Source: Octopus sinensis
Lineage: Eukaryota
Length of the DNA: 64,000 nucleotides
Reading direction: 5' to 3'
NCBI RefSeq assembly: GCF_006345805.1
Contig: NW_021832015.1
Location: 1 to 64,000, forward strand
Below, in pieces: positions 1 through 11,725 of this stretch; the stretch's first letter is position 1, and each line of letters begins with the position of its first letter. The position numbers and the translations under genes are program-made. Under the pieces are notes generated by a model. It had not been told where the DNA came from. It was given only the letters and a program-made list of their open reading frames with translations, and did not search any database.

Positions 1-169
1 CTGTTTGTACATTCACAAAATTGTATTTGACAAGTTCTAGAGAAGAACGAAAGCGTTAATAATAATGAAGAAATAAAAGGATCTTTTTCCAAAATTCTGG
101 CGATTTTTTTTCTCGATATTCAATTCAGTACATCACACCTGACACTCTATACATGTCCGGCATTCGCCA

Positions 170-354
170 TGATAGATCTCTAGCCACTACACATTCTATA
201 TTTTCTCTCCCTGTTCATTTCTGTGTTCCTTTCTGTCGAAGAGCGTAGGCTCGAAACGTTAAAGACTTTTTCACTTCCAGACCGTTATACTAATACATCT
301 GTTTTTTGTCTACACCACCTGTCTTCGTCTTTTGTTTTTTTGTGAACTCTCCCT

Positions 355-355
<1 letters not shown>
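170..355 (+). mobile_element. Penelope-like element 3' terminal remnant
   Basis: Pyrimidine-rich tract with a hammerhead-like motif (229-264), running into (TA)n. This arrangement recurs at other PLE ends in the window. Confidence 0.45.
229..264 (+). ncRNA. Degenerate minimal type I hammerhead-like motif
   Basis: CTTT-CTGTCGA-A-GAGC(gtag)GCTC-GAAA-CGTT-AAAG. Helix I CTTT/AAAG, 4-bp stem II, palindromic AACGTT helix III. The core has A6 changed to U plus one extra A. Confidence 0.4.
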
Positions 356-423
<68 letters not shown>

Positions 424-439
424 AGAGAGAGAGATAGAG

Positions 440-490
<51 letters not shown>

Positions 491-565
491 CAGATAAATG
501 TAGTTTAACGCAGGTATAATTCAAATACTTTTACTTCCGACACATGTTAACAAGGAAATACACAC

Positions 566-643
<78 letters not shown>
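356..643. repeat. Compound microsatellites (TA)n, (GA)n, (GATA)n, (TA)n
   Basis: Directly visible tandem runs at 356-490 and 570-643. Confidence 0.95.
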
Positions 644-645
<2 letters not shown>

Positions 646-647
646 CA

Positions 648-1233
648 ATTAAGGACAACTTCTTAATAAGGAAAACTTAACAAGAAATTATCGGGTAGAT
701 AGCGTGAAAGACCTCATAAGAGAAAAAATTTCGAAAATAATTATTTCTTATTGAACATATTAATTTATATATAGAGGGCATTATTATACATACATGCCAC
801 ACGCTAAGAGGGACAAAATTAGTCATTTCTACCAAAAATTTTACTAATCCCACCGAATGCAATTTTCAAAGTAAGACATTTAAAAATATGGACTTGTATC
901 ACCTGTGATTTCATACCTCTGTATTCATCAGCAAGCCTGGACGTATCATAAATAAACGACCCTACCTCGTCTAAGCCGAGCAGCTAACTGATCAACATCA
1001 ACGAAGCACATGGGTGAGTTTACATATATTACATCCGGTAAATGGCAGACTTTTACGAATTGCATTTTGTCCCTCTTAGCGTGTGGCATGTATGTATAAT
1101 AATGCCTCTATATATAAATAATATGTTCAATAAGAAAGAATTATTTTCGAAATTTTTTCTCTTATGAGGTCTTTCACGCTATCTACCCGATAATTTCTTG
1201 TTAAGTTTTCCTTATTAAGAAGTTGTCCTTAAT
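648..1233. repeat. Inverted repeat, arms 648-819 and 1064-1233, about 244-bp spacer
   Basis: aaggacaacttcttaataagg...acgctaagagggacaaaat is the near-perfect reverse complement of attttgtccctcttagcgt...ccttattaagaagttgtcctt. Confidence 0.93.
891..937 (-). ncRNA. Type I hammerhead ribozyme, canonical core
   Basis: Minus strand: GGCUUG-CUGAUGA-AUAC(agag)GUAU-GAAA-UCAC(ag)GUGA-UA-CAAGUC. 6-bp helix I, intact CUGAUGA and GAAA, paired stems II and III, cleavage triplet AUA. Confidence 0.8.
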
Positions 1234-1247
1234 ATAATAATGCCCTC

Positions 1248-1286
<39 letters not shown>

Positions 1287-1289
1287 ATA

Positions 1290-3690
1290 ATGTTAATGTG
1301 ATGCCGTCAATGATCTCGGATCACAACATAATAGACCTGTCTATGTATGGACCAAAAGCCCCCGTAGACACACAGCCTATACGAAGCATCCACCATATCT
1401 CGCCAACTTTCATAAAGCAAACTAGAAGTTGATTGAGAAAGAGATCCTCAAACAGGATTGGCCTAAATGTCTCTCCACACCGGACATTAACATGAAACAC
1501 AAACACTTCATGTCCATAATACAACCCATATGTGACAAATATGTCCCAGTGTGCAGGGCCAGCACACACAAAAACAAAAACAAAAACAGGATCCCTAGAG
1601 AAAGGAAGATTCTTATGAGACGACGGACAAGGATTGCGAACCGCCTGAGCAAGCACACCAAATGTGGTGAGAAGTCTCGGCTTGAGAGAATGCTAATGGA
1701 AATTGAGAAAAGTCTGCATCAGTCCCATGAAAAGGAGAGAGCAGATAAAGAAGCTTGGGTAATAGAAAATATAAAATCAAACCCTAAAGCTTTCTTTAAG
1801 TTTGCCAAAGAAACAGCCACAGTGCACCAGAGAATAGGACCTCTCTTCCAAAAAGATGGCTCTCTCACAGGAAATCCCACGAGGATAAGTGAAATACTGA
1901 ACGAACAATTCCAAAGTGTGTTCACTACACCTCTAGGACACAGGCAAGTAAACAACCCAGAAGAATTCTTTGCCACTTTACCTGCGGCCAAAGAGGCAAA
2001 AATTGAGTACATCAACATCGAAGATGATGATATCACACTAGCCATAGATGAGATTGACACAAACTCAGCTGCTGGACCTGATGGATTCCCAGCGATCCTT
2101 CTCAAATCGTGCAAACGAGCCCTTGCAAAACCGCTACAGCTTCTTTTTCAGAGCTTTCTTGCAAGTGGTAAGCTCCCAGTCAAATTGAAAGAGGGGGTAA
2201 TATGCCCTATCCATAAGGGAGGTAGCAGAGCAGATGCTAAAAATTATAGGCCTATCTCTCTGACCTCACACATCAGCAAAGTCATGGAACGAATAGTCCG
2301 TAAGTAACTAATCATGTTCCTTGAAAAAAATGACTTGCTGTCTGACACCCAGCATGGATTTCGACCAGGTAGAAGCTGCTATGACTGGGTGTTGAAACAG
2401 CTACTAAATAGCTCAAATGTGGATGTAATATATCTCGACTTTGCAAAAGCCTTTGATAAAGGAGACCATGGTATGATCTGTCACAAACTGCGTGGTCTCG
2501 GCATAGGCGGAAAACTTGGAGAGTGGCTGCACAACTTCCTAAAAGACAGAAAACAGGCAGTTGTGAGCAATGGAGCTACCTCCAAGGAAACGCAAATAAC
2601 AAGCAGTGTCCCACAGGGCACTGTCTTGGGGCTACTGATGTTCATAGTGGCCCTTTCAGACATGCCTTCAGTTGCTACGATGGCCACCCTTGCTAGCTAT
2701 GCAGATGACACAAAAGTCTCCCACACAATACAAAGCCCTGACAATATTGCGCATCTGCAACAGGAGTTGGACACAATATACAGGTGGGCTGAGGACAACA
2801 ACATGCAGTTTAATGCAGGTAAGTTCCAGGCCCTGCGCTACCGGCACACAAAGGTAAACGATGTGCAGACTGGATACACTGGTCCAGGAAGAATTGCAAT
2901 CCCTGAGTCAAAATCAGTGCGTGACCTGGGCATTGACATGAGCAATGATGCATCTTTCCAAGTGCATATTACTAATCTGGTGATAAAATGCAGACGGCTA
3001 GCTGGATGGATTCTCCGAACTTTCAGAACAAGAGAGAAGGAGACACTGATGGTCCTATGGAAAACATTCGTCCTCATCCGCTTGGACTACTGCTCCCAAC
3101 TATGGTCGCCACACAATATAAAACTAACAGCAGAACTCGAGGCAGTTCAGAGAAGCTACACAAAGAAAATCTTCTCAGTGCAAAATATCAGCTACTGGGA
3201 AAGACTGAAAGTATTAAACCTCTTCTCCCTAGAGCGGAGGCGGTAGAGATATGCGGTGATATACATCTGGAAAATCCTGGAGGGTCTTGTCCCAAACTTT
3301 GGCATTCAAAGTTACCCCAACCGCAGTACGGGGCGCCACTGCATGGTGCCAAGGATTCCAACATCACCATCAAAATACAGGTCCAGATACTGCAACAGCT
3401 TGGGTTTCATCGGACCACAGCTCTTTAACATCCTCCCTAAATGCCTGAGAGACTTACATGGTGTGGATATGGGTTTCTTTAAAACTACACTGGATCTCTT
3501 CTTGTCGGGAGTCCCAGATGAACCTACCTCACGACAGGAGACGCAGATGCGGGCAGCAGCATCGAACTCCATTGTTGATCAAGTGCTACGTATCAGAGGT
3601 GGATTCACATATTAGTGTAGCTCATTCAGCGGTGATGCCCCAGCATGGCCGCGGCCTTCGGGCTAAAACATTTTTAAGGATTTAAGGATT
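1290..3690 (+). mobile_element. CR1-clade LINE, 5'-truncated (only the SDH end of the endonuclease plus RT)
   Basis: ORFs 1429-2307, 2314-3246 and 3256-3615 carry AGPDG, NYRPISLTS, QHGFR, YLDFAKAFDK, VPQGTVLG, YADDTK, LDYCSQLWSP and LERRR. The 3' tail is (TAAGGATT)2. Confidence 0.9.
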
Positions 3691-3708
3691 TATATATATA
3701 TATATATT

Positions 3709-4295
3709 GAATACTGTTGTCCACTGTGGTCTCCCCACACAATACAAGGTATCATAAAAGTTGAAGCACCTCAAAGGGCAATCACAAAAAAGATAGATGG
3801 CATGACAGGCCTCGACTATTGGGGTCGACTGGAAAGGCTAAAACTCTATTCTCTCCAACGTCGTCGTGAGCGCTACATCATCTGCATGATGTGGAAAATA
3901 TTCCATCAGCATTGCCCAAATGATGTTGGCATCACCTTTAAGGTACATCCAAGGCTTGGGCCCCGTGCCATCCGCCCAAAACAAAAATCGCACTCTCATC
4001 TCATAACAACAATACGGCACAATTATTTCACCTCAATTGGCCCCGCTCTCTTTAACATTACACCAAAACACATTAAAACAGAAACTGACCCTATAGGGTT
4101 CAAGAAGTCTTTGGACAGATTCCTTCAAGAAATCCCGGATAAACCCCTACACCCGGATATGTCTCTGTAAACAATAACTCTCTACTTGAGTGGGCCATAC
4201 TGCCCAAATTCTGACTTGAAAGACTTCACCAGGTGGTGCTATTAAGTTAGACATGGCCTGGGCCAATAATGGCCGAAACCTATCAAAGTATCAAA

Positions 4296-4298
<3 letters not shown>
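3709..4298 (+). mobile_element. Second CR1-type LINE, 3' fragment
   Basis: ORF 3802-4170 YWGRLERLKLYSLQRRRERY...FKKSLDRFL parallels the C-terminus of the upstream element. Tail is (TATCAAAG)n. Confidence 0.82.
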
Positions 4299-4344
<46 letters not shown>

Positions 4345-4348
4345 CATA

Positions 4349-4555
4349 AAAGACCCCCTTCGGTCATGAATGACCATGGGATTGCACCTAGAAAGTTACC
4401 CTCCTAGACACAAGTCCGGGCAAGGTTGTTTATGGAAGACCAGCAGTCGCCCATGCATACCAGCCTCCCCTCTCCACGCCACCAGTGTTATCCAAGGGAA
4501 AGACAAAGTCGATACAGCTTGGCACCAGTGACGTCGCAACTCATTTCTACAGCTG
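4349..4555 (-). mobile_element. SINE 3' portion (same family as 9086-9424)
   Basis: Near-identical to about 9093-9300 (aaagacccccttcggtcatg...ctcatttctacagctg). The head is missing. Confidence 0.85.
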
Positions 4556-4556
4556 C

Positions 4557-4731
4557 GTACATATATATGAATGTATGTATATATAATATGTATATATATA
4601 TTAGGGAATAATAAATATTATTCCAAATATATTTTTTTAATATTTAATTTTTTTCTATATGGTATAATTTAATTATATCATTGTTATTTCATTGTTGAAT
4701 TGATAAAAGGTGGTGTTTCTCAAATTTATTT

Positions 4732-4797
<66 letters not shown>

Positions 4798-4930
4798 TAT
4801 ATATATATGTATATATATATATATATGTAATATATATATGTATATATATATGTATATATATATAATATGTATATATATATATACATATACATATACATAT
4901 ACATGCATACATACATACATATATAATATA

Positions 4931-4966
<36 letters not shown>

Positions 4967-5250
4967 TGTATGTATGTATGTATGTATGTATGCATGTATG
5001 TATGTATGTGTGTGTGTAATATATTTATATGCATATATAAGGATAAAATCTGTATAAGATTTATCAAGTAGCCAGCGTGAAAAACAAATTTAGGAAAAAA
5101 TTAATATAAAGTATATAATTTTTCTTAAATATAAATACCTTAATAAATTAAAGGCTATTACTATGAGTAACGCCTTGCATTACTTATACTAACAGCGTTT
5201 AAAATAATAATAGATAGATAAATAGATATATACATACATACATACATACA

Positions 5251-5283
<33 letters not shown>

Positions 5284-5400
5284 GCATATGTATGCACATA
5301 TATATTCATATTTAATCTATATATACACACATAAATACACAGACACACAAACACACACACAACACACACACACACACATACATACATACATATATATATA

Positions 5401-5467
<67 letters not shown>

Positions 5468-5480
5468 ATATACATATATA
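4557..5480. repeat. (TA)n, (TATG)n, (CATA)n and (CA)n microsatellite blocks
   Basis: Visible tandem runs. They explain the I/Y/C-rich ORFs listed here. Confidence 0.95.
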
Positions 5481-5550
5481 TATCTTTTAAATTATTTATG
5501 GTAACGTTAATGGTATGCAAATATAACTCCTTTTACCTTATGGCGGCTAA

Positions 5551-5884
5551 CGTCTAATGATACTGACTTGTGATTCAGTTTTTCGAGGTTGCACCATGGT
5601 TATACCGATTAAATGTGGGATAAATATAATAATAAGAAGGATGAAATTCAAGGATGGAATTTATAAATAGTTAATACACCGCTACGCGCGTTTCCACAAA
5701 TCACACGATTTAAACATCGGACTCCGTATCCTTGAGATTGGTACAGTATAGTCCGTATTATCCATGGGCATCCGATTGATCATCATCATTCATTCATTTA
5801 ATCAGGTGATACTACATTAGTGGATGAATTACAGAGGAACTCTGACTAAATTGGCCTTTATACTGGCAAGACAGGATGAACATA
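5551..5884. repeat. Repeat block A, copy 1 (334 bp, near-identical to 41256-41589)
   Basis: cgtctaatgatactgacttgtg...gacaggatgaacata is shared almost base for base. Confidence 0.93.
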
Positions 5885-6430
5885 ACTCTGTTTATTCTAT
5901 GCTAGAATTATTGTTGTTGTTGTTGTTGTGGTTGTTGTTGTTATTTACAATCAAATGAATAAATACAGACGTTGGATAATTTTGTTGGTCATTCTCTCAT
6001 TTGATAGTTAGCCCCAACAGACTTCAGCCACGTCCCTGCCGTATTCTGGAGATATTCTATTGTTTGTAAAATTATGTTTCATCTGATAATTACGGTTTTT
6101 TTTAAATCATTGCTTAAAATATGCGTAAGAAGCAGCTGTAATGAGCTGACAATTATTCATCATCTCTTATTATTCATTTGATTATAATATACCAAGGGGA
6201 TTTACGACTTGTCGGACATCCTAAAGTAAAACAACGATGTTCACTCAACGTAACACATGCTTTGAAGCAGCTCCTAGGCGCTAAATAGTCATAGGGGTGA
6301 TTTCCATAGGGAGTATCAAATCGCCTATTTGATACTTATCAAACATAGGCCGGAACAACAGCTTTATCCAACCCTGCCTAATGGTTATCTTTTCAAGTAC
6401 CTGATGCTATCTGAATCATTATTTTACTAT

Positions 6431-6686
<256 letters not shown>

Positions 6687-6766
6687 TACTTTGATACTTT
6701 GATACTTTGATAGGTTTCGGCCATTATTGGCCCAGGCCATGTCTAACTTAATAGCACCACCTGGTG
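6687..6766 (-). mobile_element. 80-bp CR1 3' tail, inverted copy of 4227-4298
   Basis: tactttgatactttgataggtttcggccattattggcccaggccatgtctaacttaatagcaccacctggtg is the reverse complement of 4227-4298. Confidence 0.88.
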
Positions 6767-6769
6767 TAT

Positions 6770-6812
<43 letters not shown>

Positions 6813-6847
6813 TATATTAATATATATATATATAATATATATATATA

Positions 6848-7187
6848 CTAGATGTGTTTTTGCGTGCTCTCCGTGGTGATGGCTAAATTCTTAAACAATT
6901 TAAAATATAATATATAAAATATATAATAAAACTTTTACATACAAATAACTTGAAGACAATTCCTCTGCAACATCTTGTCTGTTTTCTAAGTAGAAATGCT
7001 TGTCAAGAACGATATGTTACTTGCTTAAATCTATCTTCTTTATGAAGGAAAATCATTGTATGAACTTTTCATCGATTTATCAATATCAGATGCCCTGAAT
7101 TATTTACATTAATTATGAATATGATCTGCATTTAAATGCATTAATATATTGACGTACAACTCACTTATGATGGTATATCATTAAATG

Positions 7188-7190
<3 letters not shown>
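6848..7190 (-). repeat. Repeat block B, copy 1 (homologous to 41753-42088), possibly Helitron-derived
   Basis: Clear alignment to 41753-42088. On the minus strand it ends in CTAG (6848-6851) next to a short GC-rich segment. Confidence 0.7.
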
Positions 7191-7255
<65 letters not shown>

Positions 7256-7352
7256 TAATACATATATATATATATCCATATATATATATATATTATATTA
7301 TATATATATATATTATATCAATACACATCCATATATATATACATATATATAT

Positions 7353-7390
<38 letters not shown>

Positions 7391-7397
7391 TATTTAA

Positions 7398-8914
7398 CTA
7401 TATATATATATATATAAAGTTGTAGCCTCTGTCTGTCTGTTAGTTATCGAACTCCTTCGGTTTTGGAGAAAGACCCCACCCATAACCTTATATATTCTGA
7501 AACAACATTACCCAGGTTACTTGGATAAGTATATTTCATTTTCATTGAAGGGATCTTCGGGGTGCACAAACCCACCACTGAAAAAGTTTTTCCAATTAAT
7601 TTAAATGAAAATTTAAGCCATAGGTAAATGAACAGAAATTATGCCTATTCCCAAAATATCAGGGAATTTCTATAATATTAAGACGCCCTAATGGGACTAA
7701 ACCCCCTTATATAGCAAATTCTGGAAGCCCATAACTTGAGTATTTGAACCTTTATTATCACGGGGCTTTTCTATTAATTAAACATAAAACAATAAAATTG
7801 CCTCTCTTTTATAGAATTCTGCAAATTTACATATTTTATCCATGACAAATCATCACTAGAATTATGGCAAGAAAAAGTATTAGTGAATGCCTCTACTCTT
7901 TTAACATTTTCTTTTTATTAATTTTTCTTCAGACACCCATTATACCACGGAAAAGGAAGTCTCCTTATGCAAATACTCTACATGCACAAATGATAAAGCT
8001 TCGTCGTCAATCTGAAAGCTGTAATGTAAAGGAAGAACAACTTTCTAGGCAAAGCCAAAGACAAAGAGAGTCTCGCCAATCTGAAAGCGGTGCTGCAAAG
8101 GACGAACGACTTTCTCGACAAAGACAGAGGCAAACAGAGTCTCGACAAAATGGAAACTTTGGTGAGCATCAAGAAAGACAGAAGCAAGATATATTTCGCT
8201 ATATATTTGCAAAAAGAAATGAGTCTGAAGAAGAGACACAACAGCATTTGATTTTTCATAGAAATAGGTATCAAAATTTAAGACAACGTGAGATTCAAAA
8301 TGCTAAACATTCTGCATTGCTGTATGATAGAATGACCCACATAACAAGGCTGCAATTGGAGAGATGACCAAACTTTGTGGCGCTATGAAATTTACTGGAG
8401 AATCTCCAGGAATGTGCAGTGGAAATGGAAAAGTTACAGGTGAAAATTAATTCAGCAATCACTTTTTGTCAAAGAGAGTATCTCTCTTTGCCTTGAACAG
8501 CTTTGATCACAAAGGTGCACCTGTCCAAGGTTTGAATCCATCTGTGAGAATCCAAGGTCAAATCTACCATCATTTCGGGGAAATAAACGTGACAAGGAAG
8601 ATCATGCGGGAACATGTTTGGTGTTTTAATGCACCAACAGGGGTTGAAGTTGCAATTTTAATATGAAATTAACCTACATAAAATAGAGATATTGTTCTTC
8701 ATTTGAAAAAAGGTGGATTGAGAATTTCAGAGTTACGTCGATCCTGTGATGTTTTGATGTATCCAATGTCTTTTTCCATATGGAACAGACGGCTACCACA
8801 TATATTTCCAAGGGAGAAATTACCACCAAGGAATAGTGAAATAACACGATTGGAGGATTTTGCGACTCCCCAATTTTACTATTTAATCCCGAGCGACGCC
8901 GGGTATGCCTGCTA

Positions 8915-8915
<1 letters not shown>
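7398..8915 (+). mobile_element. Internally deleted Helitron with RepHel N-terminal fragments
   Basis: ORF 7864-8367 has R/Q/E-rich repeats, followed by IGEMTKLCGAMKFTGESPGMCSGNGKV, VRIQGQIYHHFG and GLRISELRRSCDVLMYPM. The 3' end is hairpin CCCGAGCGACGCCGGG plus CTAG (8912-8915). The 5' end ctatata...aaagttgtagcctctgtctgtctg is approximate. Confidence 0.85.
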
Positions 8916-8967
<52 letters not shown>

Positions 8968-8980
8968 TATACATATATAT

Positions 8981-9062
<82 letters not shown>

Positions 9063-9085
9063 TTATAATAATAATAATAATAATA

Positions 9086-9424
9086 AAGGGGGTAAAGACC
9101 CCCTTCGGTCATGGATGACCATGGGATTGCACCTAGAAAGTTACCCTCCTGGACACAAGTCGGGCAAGGTTGTTTATGGAAGACCAGCAGTCGCCCATGC
9201 ATACCAGCCTCCCCTCTCCACGCCACCAGTGTTATCCAAGGGTAAGACAAAGGTCGATACAGCTTGGCACCTGTGACGTCGCAACTCATTTCTACAGCTG
9301 AGTGAACTGGAGCAACGTGAAATAAAGTGCTTTGCTCAAGAACACAACACGCAGCCCGGTCAGGGATTCGAGCTCACAACCTCACGATCATAAGCTCGAC
9401 GCTCTAACCACTGAGCCATGCGCC
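9086..9424 (-). mobile_element. Full-length tRNA-derived CORE-type SINE inserted in a (TAA)n array
   Basis: Minus strand GGCGCATGGCTCAGTGG (A box) ... GCTCGAATCC (B box), then gtgttcttgagcaaagcacttt...cagctgtagaaatgagt resembling the CORE domain. Confidence 0.85.
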
Positions 9425-9448
9425 AATAATAATAATAATAATAATAAG

Positions 9449-10119
9449 TGGAGTATAAATTAAGACATGACAGAGTTGGCCAATATCTCCACTGGCTAAT
9501 AAGTCGGCATTACAATATCAAAACTGCCGACAAGTGGTATAATCACCACCCTGAGGCTGTAACTGAAGGAGAAAATGTAACTATTCTGTGGGACTTTCCA
9601 GTACATACAGACCGAACCATCAAGGCCAATAAACCAGATGTTGTTGTGAAAGACCAAAACAATAAAGTTTGCTTATTGATCGACATGAGCATCCCCTGTG
9701 ATCATAATATCTCAGCGAAAGAGTTTGACAAGCTCAGAAAATATAAAGACCTACCCATTGAAATTGAGAAAATGTGGCATCTCAAGGCAGTTACAATACC
9801 AGTGATCGTAGGAGCACTAGGAATGATCAAGAAGGGAACCGAAAATTATATGAGAATGATCCCTGGCTTACCATCCCTGCAAGAAGTGCAAAAGATTGTC
9901 TTAACTGGTACATCACACGTATTGAGAAGAGCATTGTTGATGTGAGAACTGTTGCTGCTCATGTATTTTAATTTAACTTAAAAAAAAAAAAAACAAAATG
10001 AACGAACTACTGAGTTTGGTTTAATGGCCTACCAATGTATACTATGAGTTTCTTTGCCCTAGGAGTCGGGAAGACACTCGGCAAGAAATGGAAGCAAATT
10101 TGAAAGAAGAAAAAAAAAA
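9449..10119 (+). mobile_element. R4/Dong-like LINE family B, 5'-truncated (RLE domain plus 3'UTR)
   Basis: ORF 9448-9945 YKLRHD...ILWDFP...ANKPDVVV...LIDMSIP...KLRKYKDL. The 3'UTR matches 28340-28506 and 29690-29869. (TAA)n on both sides. Confidence 0.9.
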
Positions 10120-10145
10120 TAATAATAATAATAATGATAATAATG

Positions 10146-10205
<60 letters not shown>

Positions 10206-10211
10206 CACTTT

Positions 10212-10315
10212 GCATTGTTGTAGCTTTTGAATGATGCCATCCCACTGGCTAAGTGAGGTGGCCAACATTCCCTTTGATTGGAAGGTTGTTCTGTCACAGG
10301 GTTATTCATTTACAG
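10212..10315. repeat. Repeat block C, copy 1 (homologous to 42352-42455)
   Basis: gcattgttgtagcttttgaatgatgccatc...gttattcatttacag is shared. Confidence 0.88.
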
Positions 10316-10427
10316 CTGAATGCACGAGGACAGTGTGAAATTAAATGTTCTGCTCAAGGACACAACGCGTCGCTTGGCCATGAACTAGCCATCTTGAGTG
10401 CAAAGACCCTATGCCACGCGCCTCCAG
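10311..10427 (-). mobile_element. Decayed CORE-type SINE head
   Basis: Similar to 63230-63352 (tgctcaaggacacaacgcgtcgc...ccacgcgcctcc). Confidence 0.6.
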
Positions 10428-10464
10428 GCACAACTGCACTCACACACACACAAACACATATATA

Positions 10465-10701
10465 TTGGGTTGGTGCATAAATATTGCAGCTTTTACTCAA
10501 CAAAAACAATAACAAAATTTAACAAAAACATCTTTAAATGATTATTCTGGAGCATATTCACCATCTACTTCAATTACTGCTTCCCATTTGCTTGGCAGCC
10601 GGTCAGACCATCATTTAAAGTTGTTTTTGTTAAATATTGTTATTGTTTTTGTTGAATAAAATTTGTTGAAAAACAACCGCAATAATTATGCACCAACCCA
10701 A
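10465..10701 (-). mobile_element. Non-autonomous mariner (MITE) with TIRs and TA target duplication
   Basis: TIRs ttgggttggtgcataa..tattgc and gcaataattatgcaccaacccaa are flanked by TA. The interior encodes the transposase C-terminus RLPSKWEAVIEVDGEYAPE*. Confidence 0.9.
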
Positions 10702-10869
10702 TATATACATGTACATGTCTGTAGGCTGACCAAAATATTTTCGTGGGATGTGACCAAATGAGATTTATTTTTCAACATGCACCCTCCCCCACCCTAGTTT
10801 AGTATTCAGAATATTCTCAAAACTTCTGAAAGGCACAATAGCAACACCTATACACAAAAGGAGGGCTGA

Positions 10870-11110
10870 AGCTAAAAATTACAGATTTTACAGTTCTATA
10901 TTTAAGTGATGAGGAATTATGTACACTATTTACATTATTTACATTTGACGGATATTTGTCCTCATCTTGTTTGTTGTTAACATTTCGGCTGATATACCTT
11001 CCAGCCTTCATCAAGTGTCTTGGGGAAATTGCGAACCTGGGATCTCATTGCTAAGGTATTTTTTGATGTTATTATCATTAATATTGCTATTATTAGTGTT
11101 AATATTATTA
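10870..11110 (-). mobile_element. Penelope/retrozyme-like 3' segment with degenerate hammerhead
   Basis: Minus strand cac-TTGATGA-A-GGCTG(gaaggtatat)CAGCC-GAAA-tgtta at 10975-11014, preceded by a degenerate (TAA)n tract. Confidence 0.55.
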
Positions 11111-11114
11111 TTAT

Positions 11115-11532
11115 TGAGTGAGAGAGCGGTGCATGCCATCAAAGTGACACTGGGGTAAAATATACGAAGCCCAGTATACCCATCAGGACTAACCGTCTGA
11201 TAAGGGTACACCAGGAACACGCATCACAACCATATGTGCGTGACATGGTGATCTCATATCACGATAAACAGCACATGACCTTGCAGGCGGGGCCCAATTA
11301 GAATTTTCTTCTGGTCGAGTAACCCATCCCGCTCAAAAGGTCCCTGAATAAGGATTTGTTTAAGGATGTTGACCGAACCACCCATGTTTCCAAAGGTGAA
11401 TTATCCAAACCTCTTAGAATTATTTTCAACACATGGCTATGATGTTCCCCCACGACTTCTACTCGTGATCAGAGATGCACATATCGTCAGCCACTAAGGG
11501 ACATGGTCAACTGGTTAAGGTCAAACAACTGA
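11115..11532. repeat. Interspersed repeat of unassigned class (partial copy at 41626-41748)
   Basis: gagagagcggtgcatgccatcaaagtgacactggggtaaaatatac... aligns with 41626-41748. Confidence 0.7.
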
Positions 11533-11725
11533 CAATTTTAGGACACTAACACTATGAAAAACGTGGAAATTTTACCGGTGAGTGTGTTACGTAATAAGGC
11601 ACAAAAAGAAAATGACTCTCCCCAGACACAATAGAATATACTTCAACACACGAACTCATATAAAGAATCTTGCAAACCAAATCCAAAAGCGAAACATTAT
11701 TTGTATTATTATTATTATTATTATT

